Shown piece by piece: positions 21,612-29,906 of a stretch of DNA of 64,000 bases. Made by a program: the position numbers and the translations under genes. The notes beneath the pieces are model-generated. The model saw only the letters and a list, made by a program, of their open reading frames with translations. It searched no databases and had not been told where the DNA came from. Source of the stretch: an uncultured Sandaracinus sp. (lineage in GTDB: Bacteria > Myxococcota_A > Polyangia > Polyangiales > Sandaracinaceae); the NCBI GenBank assembly GCA_964481145.1, contig CAYZTA010000024.1, forward strand, positions 9,729 to 73,728. Reading direction: 5' to 3'. Each line of letters starts with the position of its first letter. The stretch's first letter is position 1.

Positions 21612-23717
21612 TCATGGTCTCGTGATGACGTGTGAGATCGTCACCCGTGCGGTCGCACGCGTTCGAGGGAAGCTTCGCGAACGCACGAGTGGTTCGAGGC
21701 ACTCTTGCACTTCGCGCGGCGTGATCGAGACGGTATGGAGTGTTCCATCGGGTTCGATAGCGAGGAGAACACGAGCCTGGCCGTGAACGCGACCAGGTTG
21801 AACGAGGCAGGCCGATAGTTCGCTTGCGATCGGGCGAAGCACCTCCGAGACGATGGCTGGATTGATCCTCTCAGGGATTCCGGCTGCTGTATTTGCCTCG
21901 TGCGTATCCGATGGCGAGGCGGGGTCGGAGTGCTCCGCCGTGCCTCGACGCAGGGTGGACAACTCCCGTTCTGCCGTCGTGCGAACGGATGCGAGCGACA
22001 TCGGATCGTCGATGAGTGACTGCAAGAGCTCTTGTGCGGCAGGTCCCGCGAAATGCACATACGCCTCGATGGCCGTGGCGAGGGCGCGGGCGAGCTCGTC
22101 GTCGGGCGATTCCGCGTGGTAAAGGCGAATGAAATCGCCGAGGGGCTCTCGTGCGCTCGCTTCGCCCAAATCGCGCAGCGCTTGCGCCAGGGAAGGCAAA
22201 TCGGACGTGGCTGTTTGTGGATCGCGCAGATGCGCGATGAGCAACGGAACGGCGCGGCGTTCGTTCATGCGAATCGCAGCATTCGAAAGAGCACCGACGG
22301 GCGGCGCCTGTGTGCCCTCCAAATACGACGAGTGTCGGGTGAGCGCGTGGAGGATGTGTTCGATCCCGACCTCACGATTGCCGAGCGCGAGGCAAGCCGC
22401 GGCGTAGAGTGGAGCGGGCAAGCGGTGATCTTCGCACAGAGCGATGAGTCGAGCCGTGACCTCTGGCTCACGAAGTGAAGCCAACGCGGTGATGGCGTAT
22501 GCGCGTGCGGGCACGAGACGCGCGTCGGGATTTTGCGCCGCGAGGAGCAGCTGATCTGCCAAGGGCAGGAGCTCCCCACTGGGCGATCCGGCAGTGAGGT
22601 TTTCATAGGAAATATGGGCCCACGTCGCAGAGAGACCGGTGCTCATCGTCCGCACCACGCGTCCATCGCTCGGAGAAAGCACGACGAGTTGCCCCTGATC
22701 GTCGAGGGTGACGAGCCCTGCGTTTTCGACGCGTGCTCCGACCACATCGTTCGGCAGCTGCGCGACCCAACGCACACGATCGGCGTGGGCATCGAGCGCG
22801 AAGACCAAGCGATAGAATACGAAAAAGAGAACGTCGTGTTCGAGGGCCATCGTCCCATCCGAGCCGGCCACGCCGCGCCATACGAGACGCGCGCGATGAG
22901 ACGCACTCGATGGGGAAGGAGGGGGGCTATAGGCATCGCGCAACATCTCTGCTTGCGCAGGGAGCTCGCCATGGGGTGGTTCGAAAAGCGGCGCAGCCTC
23001 GCCGAGGCTCGACTCACTCAGAAGTGCGATTCCCCGTTGCCCGAAGAAGACTCCGGAGCGATCTGCGATCGCGTGCCCGATGACACCACGGGTGACGCGT
23101 ACGCGCGCGAGCTCGTGTCCGTCGTCACCCTCGAGGACGGAGAGATTTTGTCGGGCCCAAGGGACGAAGACCATGCCTCCGCGCACACCGGGGCGGCCCA
23201 TCGCCTGCTCCATTTCATGATGCCACGCGATGGAATCTCCATGCAGGACGACGAGACGTGAGCGGGCTCCCACCGCGCCTCCAGTCGAGAGCGCGATGGC
23301 GGTGATATCGCCTTCGCCATCCGCACCCACGAGCGCGAGCGAGCGGTCTTCGAAGCGTGTCGCAACCGAACCGTCACGAAGTCGGCGCACCACGATGTGT
23401 CCGGCTTCGTGCGAGACGACATGAGCTCCTGCGACGTGGGGCGTGCTCGTCAACTGGGCCGTGTGCTCCCAGCGCTTCGTTCCGCTTTCGGGATCCCACG
23501 CCCAAAGGCGCATCGGATCCGCGCTCGAGCCAACGACGACATCCGATTCTCGCCTCGGCGCGCTCGCCTGCAGGCGAGAGAGCACCGCACGCAACATCGC
23601 CGGATCATTGTCGGGAAAGTTGTGTGCCAGGCCTTGTCCGGCGCCACCACATCCAACCTCGGTTGTGAGCGCCGCGCAAAGCATCGCACACATCCACGTA
23701 CGACCGATGTGCTTCAT
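21612..23717 (-). CDS. lipoprotein with beta-propeller-like N-domain and HEAT-like repeats
   Basis: 'MKHIGRTWMCAMLCAALTTEVGCGG' is a lipobox signal. The N-half is rich in beta-strand repeats and the C-half in helical repeats ('ALASLREPEVTARLIALCEDHRLPAPLYAAACLALG'). An ATGA overlap joins it to the upstream HEAT gene. Confidence 0.7.
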   Translation of the reverse strand: MKHIGRTWMCAMLCAALTTEVGCGGAGQGLAHNFPDNDPAMLRAVLSRLQASAPRRESDVVVGSSADPMRLWAWDPESGTKRWEHTAQLTSTPHVAGAHVVSHEAGHIVVRRLRDGSVATRFEDRSLALVGADGEGDITAIALSTGGAVGARSRLVVLHGDSIAWHHEMEQAMGRPGVRGGMVFVPWARQNLSVLEGDDGHELARVRVTRGVIGHAIADRSGVFFGQRGIALLSESSLGEAAPLFEPPHGELPAQAEMLRDAYSPPPSPSSASHRARLVWRGVAGSDGTMALEHDVLFFVFYRLVFALDAHADRVRWVAQLPNDVVGARVENAGLVTLDDQGQLVVLSPSDGRVVRTMSTGLSATWAHISYENLTAGSPSGELLPLADQLLLAAQNPDARLVPARAYAITALASLREPEVTARLIALCEDHRLPAPLYAAACLALGNREVGIEHILHALTRHSSYLEGTQAPPVGALSNAAIRMNERRAVPLLIAHLRDPQTATSDLPSLAQALRDLGEASAREPLGDFIRLYHAESPDDELARALATAIEAYVHFAGPAAQELLQSLIDDPMSLASVRTTAERELSTLRRGTAEHSDPASPSDTHEANTAAGIPERINPAIVSEVLRPIASELSACLVQPGRVHGQARVLLAIEPDGTLHTVSITPREVQECLEPLVRSRSFPRTRATARVTISHVITRP

Positions 23718-24502
23718 GACTGAATCCTCGCAATGACGGCCTCTGCCGCTCGACGGATCGGATCGCTCTCGGGCATGGACGAATTGCGAATCCATTCCTC
23801 GAGGAAGAGCCGCACTTCTCCGGTCGCGAGCTCGCCGAGTCGAGCGATGACATCGAGTCGAGAACGCGCCGGCAAGTTTCGCTGATCGAGCAACGACTCG
23901 ATGACAGCACGCATTTGAGCGAAGGGAACACGTCCGAGACTCTGAAGAATGCGGGGTACATGTTCGGGGCGGGCGATCCGTCCGAGGGCTGGGCCTGCTT
24001 CGGGGACACCGCGATCGAACGCGAGGAAGAGGCTGTCCACTGCGCTGACGATATTCAGCTCCCCGATCGCCATGGCCGCTGCACCGCGCACCTCAGGAGA
24101 AGAATCGGAGAGGGCGCTGACGAGCGCACGATCGGCGCCACGGGGCCTCGTCGCGGCGATCGCGGCAATGGCGCGAACGCGCACCTCCGGACGACGGTGG
24201 CTCGTGAGCTCGAAGAGGATGGGACCCGCTTCGGCGCGTCCGAGTACTGTCAGCGTATCGATCGCAGATTCGAGCAGATCGGGAGCGAGTCCTTCGCGAA
24301 TGCGTTCTGTGATCGGCTCCACCGCGCGTGCGTTCCCGAGGAGGCCGAGCGATTGGATCGCGAGCAAGATCTCGTCATGATCGCGTGAACGCAGCCTCTG
24401 CGTGGCTTGTTCGAACGTCAGATCCTGGGCTTTGGCGCGCGGCGTTCCTATGTGGAGATGAGCGGCGAAGAGCAAGAGCAGGGCGAGCATTCGGTGGCGC
24501 AT
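23714..24502 (-). CDS. secreted HEAT-repeat protein
   Basis: The signal peptide is 'MRHRMLALLLLFAAHLHIGTPRAKA'. HEAT units repeat, for example 'RRPEVRVRAIAAIAA' and 'DSSPEVRGAAAMAIGEL'. Confidence 0.75.
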   Translation of the reverse strand: MRHRMLALLLLFAAHLHIGTPRAKAQDLTFEQATQRLRSRDHDEILLAIQSLGLLGNARAVEPITERIREGLAPDLLESAIDTLTVLGRAEAGPILFELTSHRRPEVRVRAIAAIAATRPRGADRALVSALSDSSPEVRGAAAMAIGELNIVSAVDSLFLAFDRGVPEAGPALGRIARPEHVPRILQSLGRVPFAQMRAVIESLLDQRNLPARSRLDVIARLGELATGEVRLFLEEWIRNSSMPESDPIRRAAEAVIARIQS

Positions 24503-24624
24503 GGGCGCATCCTTTCCTCTCGAAAGCGAGATCTATCGAGGGTAGGGGCCTCGATGCAACGTTCTTGTGCGCTTTTCTGCGAGTTCGTCGCCCGTGCTTT
24601 CATGGCATCCTCGAGAGAAGAGCA

Positions 24625-25893
24625 ATGACGATGATCTCACAACGACGTGATCGGCCCGTTTCGATTCGCCTCGCCCTCGTGATGGTGGGTTTGCCGGCGC
24701 GCGGCAAGACGCACATCGCACGGCGGGTCGCGCGCTATTTGTCGTGGCTCGGCTACCGCACGCGGGTCTTCAACGTCGGCAACTACCGTCGTCAGCGCGT
24801 GGGCTCGCACCAAGACCATACCTTCTTCGATCCGCAGAACCTGGCGGGCCGCGCGGCGCGTCGTGAGGTCGCGATGGAGGCGCTCGCGGACATGCTCTCG
24901 TGGTTCGGGGAGCGCGGTGAAGTCGGAATCTACGACGCCACGAACTCGACGCGTGAACGCCGCAGCGAGGTCTCCGCGCAATGTCGCGCAGCGGGGATAC
25001 AAGTCGTCTTCGTCGAGTCGATCTGCGAAGATGAATCCGTCATCGCGTCGAACATTCGGCAGACGAAGCTGCACATGCCGGACTACGCTGGCATGGATGC
25101 TGAGCGCGCGGTCGCCGACTTTCGTGCGCGCATCGCGCACTACGAGCATGGGTACGAAACGGTGGATGAGGACGAGGGCAGCTTCGTCAAGCTCATCGAT
25201 GTGGGGCGCAAACTCGTTGCGCATCGGGTCGATGGATATTTGCCTTCACGACTCGTCTATTTTCTAATGAACATTCATCCCATTCCGCGGCCGATCTATC
25301 TGACGCGGCATGGTGAGAGTGAGCTCAATGTCGTCGGAAGGATCGGCGGTGATTCTGGGCTCTCCGTGACTGGAGAAGAGTTCGGAGATCGCCTCGCTGT
25401 GTTCGTGGGTCGAGAGAGCGGCGCGGACGAGCTCCAAGTATGGACGAGCACGATGCGACGCACGATCGAGACCGCGAGAGCGCTCGGTCGTCCCATCATC
25501 GAATGGCGTGCACTCGACGAAATCGATGCGGGCGATTGTGATGGCATGACCTACGATGAAATCCATTCCGCGATGCCGAAAGAGTTCGAGGCGCGCGCCG
25601 CCGATAAATTCAACTATCGATATCCGCGGGGGGAGAGCTATCGGGATGTGATTCGCAGGCTCGAGCCGGTCATCATCGAGCTCGAACGAGAGCGTCTCCC
25701 GGTCCTCGTGATCTCTCATCAAGCCGTGTTGCGAGCGCTCTATGCGTACTTGATGGACATGCCGCCGACGAATTGTCCGCATCTCTCCATGCCGCTCCAC
25801 ACGGTGGTGAAGCTCACGCCGACGACCTACGGTTGCGAGGAAGAGCATCTCTCGCTCGGCCCAGAAACGGGCGGCACGGATGCTGCGACGTGA
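24625..25893 (+). CDS. bifunctional 6-phosphofructo-2-kinase / fructose-2,6-bisphosphatase
   Basis: The N-half has the Walker A 'MVGLPARGKTHIARRVARYLSWLG' plus 'VFNVGNYRR' and 'YDATNSTRERR', as in the 6PF2K domain. The C-half has 'IYLTRHGESELN' (RHG phosphohistidine motif) and 'VISHQAVLRALYAY' (histidine phosphatase). Confidence 0.88.
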   Translation: MTMISQRRDRPVSIRLALVMVGLPARGKTHIARRVARYLSWLGYRTRVFNVGNYRRQRVGSHQDHTFFDPQNLAGRAARREVAMEALADMLSWFGERGEVGIYDATNSTRERRSEVSAQCRAAGIQVVFVESICEDESVIASNIRQTKLHMPDYAGMDAERAVADFRARIAHYEHGYETVDEDEGSFVKLIDVGRKLVAHRVDGYLPSRLVYFLMNIHPIPRPIYLTRHGESELNVVGRIGGDSGLSVTGEEFGDRLAVFVGRESGADELQVWTSTMRRTIETARALGRPIIEWRALDEIDAGDCDGMTYDEIHSAMPKEFEARAADKFNYRYPRGESYRDVIRRLEPVIIELERERLPVLVISHQAVLRALYAYLMDMPPTNCPHLSMPLHTVVKLTPTTYGCEEEHLSLGPETGGTDAAT

Positions 25894-25894
25894 G

Positions 25895-26395
25895 TCAGTG
25901 CGGAACGCCGACGGCGTCGAGCGCCGCCATCGCGATGGACGCCACGCGCCTGATATCTCCGCGCGCGGTCTCGTCGGCTTCCAGATGTGAGAGCGCGGCC
26001 CATGCAGGCGTCAGTTCATCGCGCATGACCTCTCGCGCATCGAGCGCCTGGGGATCGAGCGCATGGATGATGACGAGAAGTGAGTGCGCGGCTGCGGGTG
26101 CGAGATCGGGATCGCGTCCTTGGGCGATCGAGGCGAGCGCTTCGAGGGCGCGTTCGGGCCCTTCGAGATGCGGTGCTGCACGGATGGCAATGAGCTTCAC
26201 ATCGACCGGGCTCTCGTCCGAGAGCCGCGGGAGGACCGACTCATCGCCCATCCGAGAGACGAGGCGCGCGAGCTCGAGCGGATCACTCGTTGGGTTTGCG
26301 AGGAAGGGTTCGACACCTTGAGCCGAGAGATCCCCATTCACACTCGCGAAGAGCCCGAGCCAAAGAATCCATCCGAGAGCGAGCTTTCTGTTCAT
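25895..26395 (-). CDS. hypothetical secreted helical-repeat protein
   Basis: The start 'MNRKLALGWILWLGLFASVNGDLSAQG' is a signal peptide. The rest is Ala/Leu-rich and HEAT-like. It is convergent with the PFK-2 gene, with a 1-nt gap. Confidence 0.55.
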   Translation of the reverse strand: MNRKLALGWILWLGLFASVNGDLSAQGVEPFLANPTSDPLELARLVSRMGDESVLPRLSDESPVDVKLIAIRAAPHLEGPERALEALASIAQGRDPDLAPAAAHSLLVIIHALDPQALDAREVMRDELTPAWAALSHLEADETARGDIRRVASIAMAALDAVGVPH

Positions 26396-26540
26396 CACGC
26401 GCATCCGTTCTACGAAAGCATCCATCGCGCAAGCAAGAAACTTGGAGCCCGGCGCATATGATCGACGATGCATTCGATTTGCACATCAAGGCGATCTCAT
26501 TCGACTACTGAAGCCATCGGATAGAACACAGAGAGGGCAT

Positions 26541-27052
26541 ATGAGATCTTCGTGGCAATTGGTGTCCGTGGCGGCTGTACTCATCGGTTGCGGACAGTCA
26601 TCTGTCGAGCCAGCGTTTCAGTGCCTGGAACGGTGGTGGATTTCCGCTCGGGGCTACGCGACCTCGGCTCCTATCGCATTGTCGCCACCACGGCCGGAGG
26701 CTCACAGGAGTGCACGATCGATCTGATGGAGGATGACGAGCACGGCACTGCTGTGAACAATGAAGTCTGCGATACCGAAAACGCCGCCGTACTAGGCACG
26801 ACATCCGGGGATGTGGCAGCGTTCATCGATGGCGCGTTCGTATCCACCAACCGCAGCCGCCAGACAGATATCGGAGGCTTCCGCCTCGCGGGCCGACACG
26901 AGGAAGTCCACATCTCGATCTACGTGGATAGCGTAATGATTCGCACCTACATGGCGTCGGAACTCACGGTAGAGCCGCTTATCGGTTCGGAGGGCGAATC
27001 TTCCTGCGATAGATGGCTACTTCAGGCGGAGACGGTTCAGATGGCCGAATGA
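26541..27052 (+). pseudogene. lipoprotein gene with apparent -1 frameshift (or sequencing error)
   Basis: The lipobox signal 'MRSSWQLVSVAAVLIGCGQSS' is in the frame starting at ATG 26541, which stops at 26726. The only long, protein-like continuation ('VSVPGTVVDFRSGLRDLGSYRIVATTAGG...' to 27052) is in the frame of ORF 26552..27052. The switch lies near 26600-26625. Confidence 0.45.
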
Positions 27053-27069
27053 GAGCCTGGCGTAAGTCG

Positions 27070-27312
27070 TCAACGAACACGAAATGGCTGTTCAGCTCGT
27101 CCGCGCTTGCCAATCGATGTCGCGTCGACACGAGCCCCTTCGAAATGAATGCAGCTCGTTGCCGCATAAGCTCGCTTGGCCGCTACATCGACATCATCTC
27201 CGATCGCCGTGATCGTCAACACGCGACCGTCGCTGCTCATCACGCGCTCGCGATCCTCGCCGAGTATCCCGACCAAGACATGACTGACGCTCGAGCTTGC
27301 ATCGACGAAGTC
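27070..27312 (-). pseudogene. 3' remnant of purD (phosphoribosylamine-glycine ligase C-terminal domain)
   Basis: 'DFVDASS...SSDGRVLTITAIGDDVDVAAKRAYAATSCIHFEGARVDATSIGKRG' parallels the PurD C-terminus pattern VFHAGT...GGRVL.VTALG....A...AY.....I.F.G...R.DIG.RA. No upstream purD body is present, since the exbB gene starts about 620 nt away. Confidence 0.6.
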
Positions 27313-27390
27313 TGAAGCACCACTTCATCGGTCCGTCGTGCTGTCTCGCTCCCAGGCAGCATCCACGACGAGGCTCATCTCCATGATCGC

Positions 27391-27600
27391 CATTCCCAAA
27401 GAGGCCTCAGGGAGGCTCATCCAGCTCCTCCGGAGCTCTAAAAGAGGCCTCGGCAGGCCCAGTCAAGAACTCCAAAGTTCCCAAAGGGGCCTCGAGAGGC
27501 CCATCCAGAACCTCCGGGGTTTCAAAAGGGACCTCGGGCAGGTCCAGCCAAGAACTCCAGAGACCCAAGAGAGACCTCGGAGAGGCCTCTCTCGAACGCC
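27391..27600. repeat. five degenerate ~42-bp tandem repeats, each with an internal GC-rich inverted repeat
   Basis: The units are 27391-27431, 27432-27473, 27474-27515, 27516-27558 (43 nt) and 27559-27600. The shared core is 'aaaGRGGCCTCggNAGGCCCAtCCAGAACTCC'. Hairpins are GGCCT/AGGCC (27446-27459), GGGCC/GGCCC (27487-27502) and GGACCT/AGGTCC (27529-27545). Confidence 0.85.
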
Positions 27601-27929
27601 AAACGCTCCGCTCGACCCTCGCGCTGGCCTCCGCTACCGTGTTCACACTCCAGTGAGCCCTCGAAGACGTCGATCGCGGGTGCGTTCATCGGCATCGGCA
27701 TCATGCGGCCGGACGCGACACTCGCCGGCAGTGGGACGACAGAGGAAAGTCGTACGGACGCGATCTTGGGGGAGCACGAGATCCCAATCAGGAGGCCACC
27801 GAACGGGAACAAACCCCCATCTCCGTGGGTTCGTCCCCCCGCGGAGACCATTTCGTCGCCCTCGGTTGCGCTCACAACCTTCGTCTCGTACGGTTCCGCG
27901 CCTCGCGCTCACGTAGGACTACGCCGGAA

Positions 27930-28589
27930 ATGGACATCCAGGAACGACTCACCGCTTTCGCCATGCTCGGAGCCACCTGGATCATGTGGCTCTTGGTGCT
28001 CCTCTCGATCGTATGTGTCGCGATCATCCTCGAACGCGCCTATTACCTCTTTGTTTCGCGCGACGATATCGTTCGTCTCAAAGCAGATTTGATGAAAACG
28101 CTGCGCGGCAACGATGTCGAAGCCGCTCGCAAGCGCATGCGCGAATCGAGGAGCGTCGAAGCACAGGTCGCGCTCGCGGGCCTCGAAGCGACCAAAGATG
28201 GCGCGGCCGCGGCGGAGCAGCGAATGGAAGGGCAGAGCTCGATCGCGAAGCTCGCGATGGAGCGCAATCTCGCCTTCCTCGGCACCGTCGGAAACAACGC
28301 CCCCTTCGTCGGTCTGCTCGGGACGGTCATCGGCATCATCCGCGCATTCCACGAGCTGAACGCGAGCTCGGGGCAGGTAAGCGCAGGCCTTATGTCGGAG
28401 ATCGGTGAAGCGCTCGTCGCCACGGCGATCGGCCTCTTGGTCGCCCTCCCGGCCGTCGCTTCGTTCAACTATTTCCAGCGCGTCATCAAGACGCGGGTGA
28501 CGCGCGCCGAGGCGCTCGGCAAGGAAGTGCTCGCGTTCCTCAAGTCGGAACAACGCGACAAGGAGCCGGCCGAAGCGGCCGCGGAGTGA
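27930..28589 (+). CDS. exbB: MotA/TolQ/ExbB proton-channel protein
   Basis: Three TM helices and the family signature 'LAFLGTVGNNAPFVGLLGTVIGIIRAF'. ATG at 27930. Confidence 0.9.
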   Translation: MDIQERLTAFAMLGATWIMWLLVLLSIVCVAIILERAYYLFVSRDDIVRLKADLMKTLRGNDVEAARKRMRESRSVEAQVALAGLEATKDGAAAAEQRMEGQSSIAKLAMERNLAFLGTVGNNAPFVGLLGTVIGIIRAFHELNASSGQVSAGLMSEIGEALVATAIGLLVALPAVASFNYFQRVIKTRVTRAEALGKEVLAFLKSEQRDKEPAEAAAE

Positions 28590-28592
28590 TCC

Positions 28593-29021
28593 ATGGGCGG
28601 AGGTAGCTCCAATAGCGATGACGAGATGATCACGGGGATCAACGTGACCCCGCTCGTCGACGTGGTCTTGGTCCTCTTGATCATCTTGATGGTCACCGCG
28701 AGCTATATCGTTTCGCACAGCATTCCGATGGAGCTGCCGCAGGGAGCCGGCGAAGATGGCACGCCCCCACCGACGTTGACCGTATCGGTCAATGAAGCAG
28801 GGCAGCTCTACGTCGATGCAGAGCCTGTGGCTGACGCGAACTTTCGAGACGCAATTCGTCGGTATGTTGCCGCTCTGCCCGATCGCACCCAATCACGCGC
28901 CACGATCGCCGCTGACGGACGCATTCAGCATTCCCGCTTCGTATACGTCCTTTCGGCGTTGCGCGAAGAAGGTGTCACCCGGTACGCGATCAACGTGAGC
29001 CCCGAAGACACTGTGCAGTGA
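28593..29021 (+). CDS. exbD: ExbD/TolR biopolymer transport protein
   Basis: 'ITGINVTPLVDVVLVLLIILMV' is the conserved TM helix with Asp. 142 aa. Confidence 0.9.
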   Translation: MGGGSSNSDDEMITGINVTPLVDVVLVLLIILMVTASYIVSHSIPMELPQGAGEDGTPPPTLTVSVNEAGQLYVDAEPVADANFRDAIRRYVAALPDRTQSRATIAADGRIQHSRFVYVLSALREEGVTRYAINVSPEDTVQ

Positions 29022-29035
29022 AGACGAGCTGAGAC

Positions 29036-29881
29036 GTGATGCAAGAGGACGGAGGCGGTACCGGGAGAGTCCTCGGAACCTTGGCTTTCAGCCTCGTCGT
29101 GCACGTGTTGGCTTATGTTGCTTTGGTCTTCGCGCCTGTCGTGCCGCCACAGCTGCCACAACCGCCTGACGATATCGAGATCGTCGCCGTGACCGAACCT
29201 GTGCCCGAGCCCACACCCGAACCCGAGGCGGAGTCCGAGCCCGAGGCTCCACCAGAGCCTGCGCCCGAGTCAGAGCCCGAACCCGAGCCGATCGTTCGGC
29301 GCGAACGTGTCGTTCGATCCTTGGCGCCCAGCGAACCACCTCCACCGAGCGCCGAACCGCCCGCTCCAGTCGAAGAACAAATCGCAGAGTTCATGGGTGA
29401 AACCCTGACCAACGATCAAGGACCGGGTTGGAGCAGCGCGGTCGGAAACGGTGAGCCGATCGAAGGGCCCATCGGAGGTCCCACGGGGATCGCGACCGGC
29501 CGAAGGCGCCAAGGTGCTGCGTCCGGCGAAGTCGGTGGTACGGGCACGGCTCCCGCTGCGGAAACACGCGTGGTGCCTTTCTCCGATCTCTCACGGCAAC
29601 CACGTCCAAGGCGCGACATGAACGCGCTCTTGCAACGCAACTATCCGCCGCGCGCTCGCCAACTGGGCGTCGAAGGACGGGCCGTCATCGGATTTCGCAT
29701 CATGCCGGACGGCGCCGCGACGCGGCTGCGGACCCGGAGCGAGAGCCCATCCGATCAAGGTTTTGCCGAGGCGTGTCGACGCACCGTGCAACAAGCCGAT
29801 TGGGAGCCTCCACTCGCCCAGGATGGAACGGCCGTCGCCACCGATGCCACATTCGAGTGCGAATTCGCGATCAGTCTTTAG
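29036..29881 (+). CDS. tonB: TonB family energy transducer
   Basis: It has an N-terminal TM anchor and a Pro/Glu-rich spacer 'PEPTPEPEAESEPEAPPEPAPESEPEPEP'. The C-terminal TonB_C-like domain is 'YPPRARQLGVEGRAVIGFRIMPDG'. Confidence 0.85.
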   Translation: MMQEDGGGTGRVLGTLAFSLVVHVLAYVALVFAPVVPPQLPQPPDDIEIVAVTEPVPEPTPEPEAESEPEAPPEPAPESEPEPEPIVRRERVVRSLAPSEPPPPSAEPPAPVEEQIAEFMGETLTNDQGPGWSSAVGNGEPIEGPIGGPTGIATGRRRQGAASGEVGGTGTAPAAETRVVPFSDLSRQPRPRRDMNALLQRNYPPRARQLGVEGRAVIGFRIMPDGAATRLRTRSESPSDQGFAEACRRTVQQADWEPPLAQDGTAVATDATFECEFAISL

Positions 29882-29906
29882 GGCCGGGTATACTCCTCAG
29901 CTCGCC

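Noticed and set aside
27013-27315. 100-aa plus-strand ORF.
   Set aside because: It is antisense to the purD-like fragment, which has the recognisable motif pattern. It has no features of its own.
27391-27600. Possible CRISPR array.
   Set aside because: The repeats are directly adjacent with no unique spacers and are degenerate. No cas genes are in the window.
27338-27916. 192-aa plus-strand ORF spanning the gap upstream of exbB. The minus-strand ORFs 27407-27646, 27522-27875 and 27643-27912 cover the same region.
   Set aside because: The translations are Arg/Ser/Pro-rich and are generated largely by the 42-bp tandem repeats. No start context or family resemblance is visible. I treated the region as repeat or decayed sequence rather than calling a CDS.
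29192-29290. CCCGAG/CCCGAA-type short tandem repeats.
   Set aside because: They encode the Pro/Glu-rich periplasmic spacer that is normal for TonB proteins. This is coding low complexity, not a separate element.
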